64,000 bases of DNA from Spirochaetia bacterium (lineage in GTDB: Bacteria > Spirochaetota > Spirochaetia > SZUA-6 > Bin103), in contig OZ241907.1 in assembly GCA_965203515.1 (NCBI GenBank), forward strand, positions 960,001 to 1,024,000, written 5' to 3'. Position numbers and translations under genes: made by a program. Below the pieces are notes generated by a model that worked only from the letters and a program-made list of their open reading frames with translations, searched no databases and was not told the DNA's origin. This document shows positions 8,712 to 18,828 of the stretch, piece after piece (position 1 is the first letter of the stretch; each line of letters opens with the position of its first letter).

Positions 8712-10473
8712 GCACGGCATTTCTGACGCAGAACTCGAAACGATTCGCGCGGTGCTGGCCGAATGCGACGACGAGATTACCCAGGTCGATCTGTTCGGAT
8801 CGCGCGCCACCGGCAAGCACCGGAGCCACTCCGACATCGACCTGGTGATATACGGAGCTGTCCGGGAAGCCGCTATCGACCGCCTGCGGACGCTCTTCAT
8901 CGAAAGCAATCTGCCGGTGTCGGTGGATATCTTCAACTACGACGGGATTACCTGCCTGCCTCTGAAGGAGCACGTCGACACGGTCAGGCAGCGGCTGTTC
9001 ACCGCGCAGGACATCCAGGGAAGCGGGGACCGTTCGATGAGAGACCGGCGCGGTTCTGCCATTGTTGAGTTCATGACCGCCAACCTCAAGCCCTATCCGA
9101 ACATGAAGGATTCCGGTGTCGAAGCATTGGGACAAGTACCTGCGCATTGGGATGTTCTGCGCCTGCGGAACGTGACTGAAATGCGAGTGAGTAACGTTGA
9201 CAAGCACTCGCGCCAAAAGGAGGCTCAGGTCAGTCTCTGCAATTATGTTGACGTCTACAAGAACGATCGTATCAGGCCGGGGATGCCGTTCATGCGAGCG
9301 ACCGCTACCGCGGACGAGATCGAACGCTTCGGCCTGCGCTCGGGGGACGTGCTGATCACGAAGGACTCCGAGGTCTGGAACGACATAGGCGTTCCGGCGC
9401 TTGTTGAAGGAACGGAGGAAACCAGCCCGAGAGTAGTCAGCGGCTACCACTTGGCACTACTTCGTCCATATTCCGAACGTACCCATTCCGGCTATCTGTT
9501 TCGTTCTCTGCAGAGTACGGCGATCTCGAGTCAGTTGCATGTACAGGCGAACGGCGTAACTCGGTTCGGGCTTACACGCGGCGCAATCAAGGCGGTAAGG
9601 ATGCCGCTGCCGCCGCTCCACGAACAAGCTGCCATCGTCCGTTTCCTCGATCACGCAGACCGACATATTCAGCGCTACATCCGCGCCAGGCAGAAGCTGA
9701 TTGCGCTGCTCGCCGAGCAGAAGCAGGCCATCATCCATCAAGCCGTCACCGGCAAGATCGACGTCCGAACCAGCCGGCCGTACTCAGCCTACAAGGCTTC
9801 CGGTGTCGAGTGGCTGAGGACGATCCCGAAGCATTGGTCTGTGCGCAGAATGAAGTCGATCTGCTCTTCGTCCGCACTGTACGGGGCCAACTTACCGGCA
9901 AGTTCGTATGCAGACGCCGGTGTTCGTTTTCTACGGACTACCGACATAACGGAGGATGGACAACTGAGAGCCGAAGGAGTGTTCGTACCTGCTGATTTGG
10001 TAAGGGACTATATTCTATCGGACGGCAATCTGTTGATCTCTCGAAGTGGCACCATTGGCCGTTCTTTCATCTACGATAGCAAGCAACATGATCAGTGCGC
10101 ATATGCCGGATACCTGATTCGATTTATAGCGGATAAGAACGTCGTCATGCCCAAGTATCTGTTCTGGTTCACGAAAACAAGATCATTCGGAGAATTCTTA
10201 AGGGTCAAAGCGATTTCATCGACCATCGAGAATATAAATGGCGAGAAGTATGGTAATTGCTCTCTTCCAGTCCCGTCTCTTTCTGAACAGACCGCAATCG
10301 TGCGTTTCCTCGACCACACCGAACGACTCATCCGTCATCAAATTACAGCTACACGAAAGCTGATCGCGCTGTTGGAAGAATTCCGAACACGTCTGACTGC
10401 CGATGTGATTGTCGGTAGGATCGATGTGCGTGAGGTATCGTCCTCGCTGCCTGTCGAGCAAGCCGACAAATGA
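8704..10473 (+). CDS. hsdS: Minimal nucleotidyltransferase (MNT) fused in frame to type I R-M specificity subunit
   Basis: N-terminal LFGSRATGKHRSHSDIDL (GS-x10-DxD). From ATG 9073 a typical HsdS: KPYPNMKDSGVEALGQVPAHW and two conserved repeats (PPLHEQAAIVRFLD, PSLSEQTAIVRFLD). No stop between the two parts. Confidence 0.85.
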   Translation: MAEHGISDAELETIRAVLAECDDEITQVDLFGSRATGKHRSHSDIDLVIYGAVREAAIDRLRTLFIESNLPVSVDIFNYDGITCLPLKEHVDTVRQRLFTAQDIQGSGDRSMRDRRGSAIVEFMTANLKPYPNMKDSGVEALGQVPAHWDVLRLRNVTEMRVSNVDKHSRQKEAQVSLCNYVDVYKNDRIRPGMPFMRATATADEIERFGLRSGDVLITKDSEVWNDIGVPALVEGTEETSPRVVSGYHLALLRPYSERTHSGYLFRSLQSTAISSQLHVQANGVTRFGLTRGAIKAVRMPLPPLHEQAAIVRFLDHADRHIQRYIRARQKLIALLAEQKQAIIHQAVTGKIDVRTSRPYSAYKASGVEWLRTIPKHWSVRRMKSICSSSALYGANLPASSYADAGVRFLRTTDITEDGQLRAEGVFVPADLVRDYILSDGNLLISRSGTIGRSFIYDSKQHDQCAYAGYLIRFIADKNVVMPKYLFWFTKTRSFGEFLRVKAISSTIENINGEKYGNCSLPVPSLSEQTAIVRFLDHTERLIRHQITATRKLIALLEEFRTRLTADVIVGRIDVREVSSSLPVEQADK

Positions 10474-10486
10474 TAGAGATAGGACC

Positions 10487-10909
10487 TTGGACGTAAGCCG
10501 CCTGTGCGGCGACCTGCAGATGGAGATCGGACCGTCGTTCACGTGTTCGGAGCAAGGCGAGTACCTGCGAGTCCGGACGCCGTATCGGTATCCCGACGGC
10601 GACTACATCGATCTTTTCTGCAAGGTCGAGAGAGGCGAGCTGACGGTAAGCGACCTTGCCGAAACTACCGCATGGCTTCGTATGCGGTCGGCCGCACTGC
10701 GCCGTTCTTCCAGGCAGAAGCTGTTCATCGAGGAGGTGTGCGTGACGTACGGAATCGAGTTCCACCGCGGGATGCTCCAGGCACGCTGTCGCTCCGGCGA
10801 CGAGTTGGCGCGGGTCGTTACGCGGGTGGCGCAGGCGGCGCTGCGGATTTCGCGTTGGGGCGAGCTGGCGCCTTATGCGGAGGGAGAGCGGTCGCCGGGA
10901 CGCAGGTAA
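10487..10909 (+). CDS. DUF1828-like protein, probably C-terminally truncated
   Basis: RVRTPYRYPDGDYIDLF...TVSDLAET motif; TTG start after AGGA; the 3' end runs into the convergent ATPase gene. Confidence 0.6.
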   Translation: MDVSRLCGDLQMEIGPSFTCSEQGEYLRVRTPYRYPDGDYIDLFCKVERGELTVSDLAETTAWLRMRSAALRRSSRQKLFIEEVCVTYGIEFHRGMLQARCRSGDELARVVTRVAQAALRISRWGELAPYAEGERSPGRR

Positions 10910-12090
10910 TCGGCAATGGCGTAGGCCGACACGGCGCGCCGGTTCGCGCCGAGCTGGCGGACGCCCGCCATGCGGCCGGCGATGGCGACTTCGGTGCGGG
11001 CCACCCCCGGCGCGCTCCCGACCACCGCGGCGACCTTGTCGAGTTGCGCGAACGCCTGCCGGCGCGGGCTTTCGGTCCACTTGGCGTCGAGCAGCCGGAT
11101 CGATTCATACGGCCCCTGGATGAGGAAATCGGCTTCCCGGTTCTGTTGATCGCGGTAATACCACAGCGACCACTCCGGGCGCGCCAGATCGAGCCACGTG
11201 CGCAGCTCGGTAAACACGAAGTTCTCCCATATCGCGCCGGTGAGCGGCGACGGACCCAGGTCGCCGGCTCTCACGCCCAGCAGGAAGCACAGCAGCCCGG
11301 TGTCATTGAAGTAGAGCTTGGGCGCCTTCACCAGCCGCTTGCCGACGTTGGCGAAGAACGGTTCCAGCAAGGTCACCTGATTGCCCGCCTCCAGCGCCGA
11401 CAGCCAGTGGCTGGCGGTGGTCTGGGCGACGCCGACGTCGCGCGCCAGGTTGGACTTGTTCAGCAACTGGCCGGCGCGGACCGCGCCGGCGCGCAGGAAG
11501 CGCTCGAAGTCGCGCAGGCTGCCGACGTTGACGACCTGCCGCAGGTCGCGCTCCAGGTAGGTGCTGACGTAGCTCTGATAGAACTCGCGGGCCGGAATCG
11601 CGGGCTCCGCCCACAGCTCGGGAAAGCCGCCGCGCGCCAGCAGCTCGCCGGGCGGCGCAGTCTCCGGCTGCCGGCCCGCGGCGCGGATCTCCTCCACGCA
11701 CAGGCCGGGCAGGCTGACCACCGCGCACCGGCCGGCCAAGCTGTCGCTGACCGCGCGCATCAAGGTGAACTTCTGCGAGCCGGTCAGGATGAACGCCCCC
11801 TTGCGGCGGCGGTCGCCATCGATCGCCACCTTCAGATGCCGGAACAGGCCGGGGGCGTACTGCACCTCGTCGATCACCACCGGCGGCGGATGATCGCGCA
11901 GAAAGCTCTCCGGCGCCTCCTCTGCCTGCTCGGCCAGCAGCCGCAGGTCGAGGCTGACGTAGCGATGCTCCGGGAACAGCCGCTTGACGAGCGAGGTCTT
12001 CCCGGTCTGCCGGGCGCCGGTCAGGATGACCGCCGGAAACGCCGCCGCCAGCTGCTTGATCCGCTCCCCAATGAGCCGTTCGATCCACAT
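10873..12090 (-). CDS. AAA_14 ATPase with DUF4143 C-terminal domain
   Basis: LTGARQTGKTS, IDEVQYAP, LTGSQ, SLAGR, GGFPE, YLERDL, KLYFNDTGLL, YYRD...EADF. Confidence 0.9.
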   Translation of the reverse strand: MWIERLIGERIKQLAAAFPAVILTGARQTGKTSLVKRLFPEHRYVSLDLRLLAEQAEEAPESFLRDHPPPVVIDEVQYAPGLFRHLKVAIDGDRRRKGAFILTGSQKFTLMRAVSDSLAGRCAVVSLPGLCVEEIRAAGRQPETAPPGELLARGGFPELWAEPAIPAREFYQSYVSTYLERDLRQVVNVGSLRDFERFLRAGAVRAGQLLNKSNLARDVGVAQTTASHWLSALEAGNQVTLLEPFFANVGKRLVKAPKLYFNDTGLLCFLLGVRAGDLGPSPLTGAIWENFVFTELRTWLDLARPEWSLWYYRDQQNREADFLIQGPYESIRLLDAKWTESPRRQAFAQLDKVAAVVGSAPGVARTEVAIAGRMAGVRQLGANRRAVSAYAIADYLRPGDRSPSA

Positions 12091-12208
12091 GAATCACGGA
12101 TATCTGAGCATCGAAACGACGATTTGTCAAACCGCGACCCTGCCGGGCCGACATGCTCGCCGGCGGCTCGTGGTTTACCCGTTGGCGACGTAGCAGCATA
12201 ATCCGGTC

Positions 12209-12433
12209 GTGGAAATGGCGCGGAGTGAGTATCTGGCCGTGGTAGAGAAATACGGCCCTGTCGCGTACGGCGCCCACGTACCGGAACTTCCCGGCATCGG
12301 CGTGGCTGGGGAATCCGAGGCCGAGGTGCGCGCCCTGGTCACCGAGGCGATCGGGCTGTATCTCGACGAACTCGGTCAAGGTGAGGAACATACCGAAGCG
12401 CGTCGTCGCCGGCGCCCGGACCAAGACACGTGA
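12209..12433 (+). CDS. hicB: HicB-family antitoxin-like protein (no hicA adjacent)
   Basis: YLAVVEK...YGAHVPELPGIGVAGESEAEVRALVTEAIGLYL; CATAAT lies 6 nt before the GTG. Confidence 0.75.
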   Translation: MEMARSEYLAVVEKYGPVAYGAHVPELPGIGVAGESEAEVRALVTEAIGLYLDELGQGEEHTEARRRRRPDQDT

Positions 12434-12696
12434 TGGGTCCTGAGACCGACTCCCGCATTCTTCCTACCAAACACATTCGACCGGATCGGTCGCTGCTGGG
12501 CATTGGCGCCGACCTACTGGCCGGGCTGGCGAAACCGAGGACGGTATCGGGACTGTGGGACCATCTGCGATTGCGGCGCACGGCATCGAACTCAAGCGCG
12601 GTCGATTACCGCCGGTTCGTTTTGGCTTTGGATCTTCTGCACATGCTCGGCGCAATCGATTTTGAGCGCGGCGTGATACACAGGGCCTCACCATGA
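12433..12696 (+). CDS. ABC-three-component (Lamassu-like) middle component, MC6-like
   Basis: ILPTKHIRPDRSLLGIGADLL...TVSGLW...DYRRFVLALDLLHMLGAI resembles the ABC-3C MC6 small winged-helix proteins. Confidence 0.7.
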   Translation: MGPETDSRILPTKHIRPDRSLLGIGADLLAGLAKPRTVSGLWDHLRLRRTASNSSAVDYRRFVLALDLLHMLGAIDFERGVIHRASP

Positions 12697-12718
12697 TCTC
12701 GCTGCATCAGTGCGGGTG

Positions 12719-15700
12719 ATGAGTACGGATACGTCGGAACGGGGGCTGGAGCGGCTGATCTGCATGGGGCTGACCGGGCTCCCGTGCGATCCGCCGGCGG
12801 AAGGGACCATCGCGGAGCCGGTCACCGGTTACGGGGTGGGATGGAGCGCCGGCAACTTCCACGACTACGACCGCGAGCATTGCGTCGATCTGGTCCAGCT
12901 CGCCGCCTTCCTGCACGCTACCCAGCCCGAAGCCGCCGAGGCATTGGACTTGGCGCGCGATGGCCCGACGCGGCGCCGGTTTCTGGCCCGCCTGCAGGGC
13001 GAGATCGCCAAGCGCGGCACCATCGACGTGCTGCGCCGCGGCGTCAAGCACGGCGCGCGCCGCCTGGACCTGTTCTACGGCACGCCGTCGCCCGGCAACC
13101 GGCCGGCGCAGGAACGGTTCGAGCGCAACCGCTTCACCGTCACCCGCCAGCTCCGCTACAGCCGGGACGAAGCGCAGCGGGCGCTCGACCTCGGCCTGTT
13201 CATCAACGGCCTGCCGGTGTTCACCTTCGAGCTGAAGAACAGCCTTACCAAGCAGACCGTGGCCGATGCGGTGCTGCAGTACCGGCAGGACCGCAACCCG
13301 CGCGAGCAGCTGTTCGAGTTCGGCCGCTGCGTCGCGCACTTCGCCGCCGATGAGCGCGAGGTTCGCTTCTGCACCCACCTGACCGGCAAGACCTCCTGGT
13401 TCCTGCCCTTCAACCGCGGCTGGAACGACGGCGCCGGCAACCCGCCCAACCCCCACGGGCTGGCGATCGAGTACCTGTGGCGCGAAGTGCTGACCCGCCG
13501 CAGCCTGGCCGACATCCTGGAGAATTACGCCCAGATAGTGGCGTCGAAGGACGCCAAGTCCGGCAGCAGCAAGCGGACGCAGATCTGGCCTCGCTACCAC
13601 CAACTCGGCGCGGTGCGCAGCCTGCTGGCCGACGCCGCCGCCAACGGCGCCGGCCGGCGCTACCTGATCCAGCACTCGGCCGGCAGCGGCAAGAGCAACT
13701 CCATCGCCTGGTTGGCCCACCAACTGATCCCGCTGACCCGGAACGGCGCGCCGCTCTTCGCCTCGATCATCGTGGTCACCGACCGCCGCATCCTCGACCG
13801 GCAGATCCGCGACACTATCCGCCAATACGCCCAGGTGGGGGCGACCGTCGCGCACGCCGAACGCTCGGGCGACCTGCGCCGCTTCATCGAGAGCGGCAAG
13901 AAGATCATCATCTCCACGGTGCAGAAGTTTCCGCTCATCCTGGACGAGATCGGCGGCGAGCACCGCCGCCGGCGCTTCGCCATCGTCATCGACGAAGCGC
14001 ATTCCAGCCAGGGCGGCCGCACCAGCGCGGCCATGACGCAGGCGCTCTCGGAAGCCGGCGGGACCGGCGGGGAGGGTGACGAGGAGGAGACCGACGAGGA
14101 TCGGATCAATCGCCTGATGGAGTCGCGCAAGCTGCTGACCAACGCCAGCTACTTCGCGTTCACCGCCACCCCCAAGCACAAGACGCTGGAGATCTTCGGC
14201 GCGCCCGACCCGCAGCCGGACGGCGCCGTCCGGCACCATGCCTTCCACGGCTACACCATGAAGCAGGCGATCCAGGAGGGGTTCATCCTCGACGTGCTGG
14301 CCCACTACACGCCGGTGACCAGCTACTACAGGCTGGCCAAGACGGTGGCCGACGACCCGGAGTTCGACGCCCGCAGGGCGCAGAAGAAGCTGCGCCGCTT
14401 CGTGGAGGGGAGCGACCACGCCATCCGCCTCAAGGCCGAGATCATGGTCGACCACTTCCACGACCGGGTGCTGGCGCGGCGCAAGATCGGCGGCGAAGCG
14501 CGGGCGATGGTGGTCACCGGCGGCATCGAGCGCGCCGTCCAATACTTCCACGCCATCCGCGCCTACCTCGCGGAGCGCAAGAGCCCGTACCGGGCGCTGG
14601 TCGCCTTCTCCGGCGAACACGAGTTCGGCGGCGCCAGGGTGAGCGAGGCGTCGCTGAACGGCCTGCCCGCCGCGCAGATCGCCGACCGGTTCCGGGAGGA
14701 TCCCTATCGCTTCCTGGTCTGCGCGGACAAGTTCCAGACCGGCTACGACGAGCCGCTGCTGCATACGATGTACGTCGACAAGCCGCTGTCCGGCATCAAG
14801 GCGGTGCAGACCCTGTCGCGCCTCAACCGCGCGCACCCCGGCAAGCACGACGTCTTCGTACTCGACTTCCTCAACGACGCCGACACCATCCGCGGCGCCT
14901 TCGCGGACTACTACCGCGCCACGATCCTGGCCGACGAGACCGACCCCAACCGACTGCACGACCTGCAGGCCGACCTGGACCGCGTCCAGGTCTACTCCGA
15001 GGAGCAGGTCGAAGAGTTCGTGCGGCGCTACCTGCGCGGCGCCGGCCGCGACCGGCTCGATCCGATCCTCGACGCCTGCGTGGCGGTCTACCGGCGCGAC
15101 CTGGACGAGGACGGGCAGGTCGCGTTCAAGGGCACCGCCAAGGGCTTCATCCGCACCTACGGCTTTCTGTCGGCCGTCCTGCCGTACGCCGACGCCGGCT
15201 GGGAGAAGCGCTCGATCTTCCTCAACTTCCTGGTGCCCAAGCTGCCCGCGCCCGAGGAGGAGGACCTGGCCAAGGGCATCCTCGACGCCATCGACCTGGA
15301 CAGCTACCGGGTCGAGAAGCAGGCGCTGCAGCGGCTCCTGCTGCCGGACCGGGACGCGGCGATCGACCCGGTGCCGGCCGCCGGCGGCGGCGGCCGGCCC
15401 GAACCGGAACTGGAGCGGCTGTCCGCCATACTGCGCGCCTTCAACGAGCACTTCGGCGACATCCACTGGGAAGACGCCGACCGGGTGCGGCAACTCATCA
15501 TCGAGACGATCCCCGCCCGCGTGGCCGCGGACGCCGCCTTCCGCAACGCGCAGCGCAACTCCGACCGGCAGAACGCCCGCATTGAACACGACCGGGCGCT
15601 GCTGCGGGTGATGACCGCGCTGATGCGCGACGACACCCAACTCTTCAAGCAGTTCATGGACAACGCCGGCTTCAAGCGCTGGATCACCGATACCGTGTTC

Positions 15701-15760
15701 ACGCTTGCCGCCGAACCGGCCGGCGCTCGCCGGCACGGTACGGCAGAGTCGCTACGGTGA
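12719..15760 (+). CDS. hsdR: Type I restriction endonuclease R subunit
   Basis: D...FINGLP...ELK nuclease motif, QHSAGSGKS Walker A, DEAH, FTATP, KFQTGYDEP, AVQTLSRLNR. Confidence 0.95.
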   Translation: MSTDTSERGLERLICMGLTGLPCDPPAEGTIAEPVTGYGVGWSAGNFHDYDREHCVDLVQLAAFLHATQPEAAEALDLARDGPTRRRFLARLQGEIAKRGTIDVLRRGVKHGARRLDLFYGTPSPGNRPAQERFERNRFTVTRQLRYSRDEAQRALDLGLFINGLPVFTFELKNSLTKQTVADAVLQYRQDRNPREQLFEFGRCVAHFAADEREVRFCTHLTGKTSWFLPFNRGWNDGAGNPPNPHGLAIEYLWREVLTRRSLADILENYAQIVASKDAKSGSSKRTQIWPRYHQLGAVRSLLADAAANGAGRRYLIQHSAGSGKSNSIAWLAHQLIPLTRNGAPLFASIIVVTDRRILDRQIRDTIRQYAQVGATVAHAERSGDLRRFIESGKKIIISTVQKFPLILDEIGGEHRRRRFAIVIDEAHSSQGGRTSAAMTQALSEAGGTGGEGDEEETDEDRINRLMESRKLLTNASYFAFTATPKHKTLEIFGAPDPQPDGAVRHHAFHGYTMKQAIQEGFILDVLAHYTPVTSYYRLAKTVADDPEFDARRAQKKLRRFVEGSDHAIRLKAEIMVDHFHDRVLARRKIGGEARAMVVTGGIERAVQYFHAIRAYLAERKSPYRALVAFSGEHEFGGARVSEASLNGLPAAQIADRFREDPYRFLVCADKFQTGYDEPLLHTMYVDKPLSGIKAVQTLSRLNRAHPGKHDVFVLDFLNDADTIRGAFADYYRATILADETDPNRLHDLQADLDRVQVYSEEQVEEFVRRYLRGAGRDRLDPILDACVAVYRRDLDEDGQVAFKGTAKGFIRTYGFLSAVLPYADAGWEKRSIFLNFLVPKLPAPEEEDLAKGILDAIDLDSYRVEKQALQRLLLPDRDAAIDPVPAAGGGGRPEPELERLSAILRAFNEHFGDIHWEDADRVRQLIIETIPARVAADAAFRNAQRNSDRQNARIEHDRALLRVMTALMRDDTQLFKQFMDNAGFKRWITDTVFTLAAEPAGARRHGTAESLR

Positions 15761-15814
15761 CGACCGGATCGCGCGATACCTGTTGTACCTGGTATCGGAC
15801 GATAAGCCTTCCAC

Positions 15815-15836
15815 CCGGCGCGAACCGTCGCGCCGG
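15815..15836. terminator. GC-rich hairpin between the convergent hsdR and M81 genes
   Basis: CCGGCGCGA-ACCG-TCGCGCCGG, 9-bp stem; no clear U-tract. Confidence 0.45.
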
Positions 15837-15844
15837 CCAATCGA

Positions 15845-17323
15845 TCAGATCGGGTCGATCGGGTAGACCGGCCGGCCCAGGTTGCGGTAGCGGACGTGCG
15901 CGGGGTCGTGCACGCTCGGTTCGTTCACCGTACGGATCACGCCGGCGAACGGCTCGAAGTGGGCGCGGAAGTGACCGGTCGACTTCACGCCGACGTAGCG
16001 CATCCGCTGCGGATGGAGGCCCAGGCTCCGCGCCAGCGCCGAGTCGAACGGCTGATCGCGATGGGTGACGATGATCACGTGCACGGCGCCGCGCGCGCCG
16101 CCGGTGCGCACGTGCGCGGACGGTCCGAGCGAGGTGGAAAGCCCCGCGTACATCGGCCCGTCGTAGGTGTAGGAGCCGTCCGAGACCGCCACGACCTGCC
16201 ACTCCGCCTCCACCGGCCGGCCCTGCGCCGGGACCGACTTGCCGCCCACCGCCAGGCGCACGGTCGCGCCGGCGCCGGCGCGGTGGCAGGCGAGCGCGGC
16301 CTGCGGGTCGACGATGTAGAGCACGCAGGCATCGTGGAGCGAGCGCTCGACGAACGTCCGCAGCATGCCGGTGCTGTCTCCGGGGGAGCCGCCGCCGCAG
16401 TTGTCGTTGCTGTCGGCGATGACGATCGGATAGGGGCCGGTGGAACCGATCTCGTCGAGCACTTCGGCGGTCGTGGGGACGACCGTCTGCCAGTCGGCGC
16501 GCCGCGCGAAGATCCACGCCGCCAGCTCGTCGGCGCTGCGTTGCGCCAGGTCCCGGTCGCCGTCGGCGATCACGGAGACCGAGGCGCCCACGTGCGGCGC
16601 GTCGGCCAGCGGAAAGCAGGTGGAGATCGACGCGTACAGGATGCCCGGCCGCTCCTCCAACTCGTGCAGGCGATCGATCGCCTCCCGCATCGGCGGATGG
16701 GCGGTGATCTGGTTCTTGCCCCAGATCATCGGCAGCGGCGCCAGCGCCAGCGCCGGCCGCACGCCGTCGCGCAGCACGCGCGCCATCAGATCCGCGCACT
16801 CGCGGCCGCGCTCGGCCTGATCGATCTCCGGGTAGGTCTCGCGCACGATGATCCCGTCCGCGTGCTCGATCATCTCCGCCGAGACGTTCGAGTGGATGTC
16901 GAGCTGGACGATGATCGGCGCCGCGCCGACCGCCCGCCGCACGGCGCGCAGGATGGCGCCGTCGGCGTCGTCCTCGCCTTCCGCCACCATGGAGCCGTGC
17001 AGCTCCAGCAGTACGCCGTCGATGCCGCCGGCGCCGGCGATCCGGTCGACCAGCTCGCGCACCACCGCGGCGAAGTCGGCCGACGGCAGCGGCCCGCCGG
17101 GGTGAGCCTCCCAGTAGATCGTTGGGAGCAGCTCGAACCCGTGGCGCTCGCCGCCTTCGATGAAGCCGCCGACCGGCGTGTTGCTGCCCCGGAAGGAGGC
17201 GAAGAGGTCGTCTCCGCGTACGTACCCGAACCGCTCTTCGGCGCTGGCGATCGTGGTCGGGACCGGGCTGAACGCGCTCGTCTCATGGGCGATGCACCCG
17301 AACGCGATCCGTTCGCGCGCCAT
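15845..17323 (-). CDS. M81 family metallopeptidase (MlrC-like)
   Basis: IAHETSAFSP, LHGSM, LDIHSN, TYPEID, DSNDNCGGGSPGD, VKSTGHFRAHF. Confidence 0.9.
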   Translation of the reverse strand: MARERIAFGCIAHETSAFSPVPTTIASAEERFGYVRGDDLFASFRGSNTPVGGFIEGGERHGFELLPTIYWEAHPGGPLPSADFAAVVRELVDRIAGAGGIDGVLLELHGSMVAEGEDDADGAILRAVRRAVGAAPIIVQLDIHSNVSAEMIEHADGIIVRETYPEIDQAERGRECADLMARVLRDGVRPALALAPLPMIWGKNQITAHPPMREAIDRLHELEERPGILYASISTCFPLADAPHVGASVSVIADGDRDLAQRSADELAAWIFARRADWQTVVPTTAEVLDEIGSTGPYPIVIADSNDNCGGGSPGDSTGMLRTFVERSLHDACVLYIVDPQAALACHRAGAGATVRLAVGGKSVPAQGRPVEAEWQVVAVSDGSYTYDGPMYAGLSTSLGPSAHVRTGGARGAVHVIIVTHRDQPFDSALARSLGLHPQRMRYVGVKSTGHFRAHFEPFAGVIRTVNEPSVHDPAHVRYRNLGRPVYPIDPI

Positions 17324-18693
17324 CAGATCACCGCCGCGGGGACGGCGGCGCCGCCCGGCCGAGCCCGCAGCCCTTCGGCCACCCGCGTCAGGATCGCCAT
17401 GGCCGCAACGATGCCGGCCGAGCCGATCGCGAACACCATCCCGTAGGCGACCGGCGGCTGCCCGCCAAGCGCCAGCCCCACGTCACGTATCAATCCGCCG
17501 GCCCCGATCCCCACGCCCCGAAACACCACCTGCGCGATCGTCCACAGGCCAAGCTCCGCCCCTGCTTCCCGGTCCGTCGTCATCGCCGCCATCAGCGAAA
17601 GCCCTCCAAACGTGTAGACTCCAAACCCCGCTCCGTAGGCGATCAGCGCCGGTATCACCAGCACCCCCGCCCGTGCGAACGCCGCCGCCGCCAACAGCCC
17701 CAGGCCGGCCGCCATGCAGCACAGCCCGCCGCCGGCGATGCCGCCCTGCCGCTGCGCGGGACGGTTGCGCCACACCACCATGCTCGCTACCAGCGTGAGC
17801 AGCGTCGGAGCCAGCCACACCGCGTTGAGGCGCGTGGTCTGCCCCAGGCTCAACTCCAGCACCTCCGCCCCGAACGGCTCCAGTATCGCCTCCTGCAGCC
17901 ACGCCGCCACCGCCGCCACCGACAGGAACAGAAAGAACCGAACCTTGCTCCGGTCGCCCAGCAGCGCGCGCAGACGCTCGCCGATCGGCCGCTCGTGCGT
18001 CCGCGGCGGCTCCCCGGCAGCGCGCAACTCGTCCTGCACGCGGCGCTCCACCCCGGCGATCGACAGCAGCCAGAACAGCCCGCCGGCGGACGCGGTCAGC
18101 GCTACCAGACGCCAGAACAGGCGCAAGTCGTAGTGCTCCATCAGCAAGCCGAACCCCAGGGCCGCCAGCGGAAAGCAGGCGATCAGCACCGTCTCCACGA
18201 TCGCTATCGCCAGCCCCTGCTTCTCGGCCGGCGCGGAGGCGCGCACCAGCGCCAGGAAGGGGCTGCCGGAGATCAGTCCGCCGACGCCGTAGGCAAGGAA
18301 GCCGGCCACCACCATCAGCCAGCCGGCGGCCGTCCGGCCGCGGCCGAACCAGGCCAGACTGATGCCGATCAGCGCCAGGCCGGCCATCATCAGCGCGCGG
18401 CCGGCCCAGATGAAGCGGGTCCGGCCGTACCGGGCGGCGGCCGATGAGTCGCTGCGGGCGCCGGCCCACAGGCTCAGCGGGGAGAGCAGGTAGCGGAGGC
18501 TGAGCAGCAGCGCCACCGGCCAGGCCATGAAGCCGAAGTGAGAGATCAGGATGCGGTTGAGTACGCCGGAGACCAGGACGTCGCTCATGGCCGATCCGAC
18601 GTGGAAGGTGCCGAGCCGGAGCGTCCGCAGGGTGCGGAACCGCCGCGGGGCGGCAGGCGGGGCGTCAGGACCGGTCACGTCGGTCCTGGGCAT
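17323..18693 (-). CDS. PucC/BCD-family MFS transporter
   Basis: About 12 hydrophobic segments; LRLGTFHVG...VLNRILI, GARSD...RTRFIW, LQEAILEPFGAEVLELSLGQTTRLNAVW. Confidence 0.75.
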   Translation of the reverse strand: MPRTDVTGPDAPPAAPRRFRTLRTLRLGTFHVGSAMSDVLVSGVLNRILISHFGFMAWPVALLLSLRYLLSPLSLWAGARSDSSAAARYGRTRFIWAGRALMMAGLALIGISLAWFGRGRTAAGWLMVVAGFLAYGVGGLISGSPFLALVRASAPAEKQGLAIAIVETVLIACFPLAALGFGLLMEHYDLRLFWRLVALTASAGGLFWLLSIAGVERRVQDELRAAGEPPRTHERPIGERLRALLGDRSKVRFFLFLSVAAVAAWLQEAILEPFGAEVLELSLGQTTRLNAVWLAPTLLTLVASMVVWRNRPAQRQGGIAGGGLCCMAAGLGLLAAAAFARAGVLVIPALIAYGAGFGVYTFGGLSLMAAMTTDREAGAELGLWTIAQVVFRGVGIGAGGLIRDVGLALGGQPPVAYGMVFAIGSAGIVAAMAILTRVAEGLRARPGGAAVPAAVI

Positions 18694-18828
18694 GGCGGGT
18701 CCCTCGGCACGGCGGTGAAGCGGTGATCGAACGGCATCGTTCGCAAGTGTATGACGCCGGGCCGCGCCATCGGTAGTACCGGCTTGGCGGCGCGGCGCGT
18801 ATGATGCGGGCCGCAGGAGCGGAACCGC

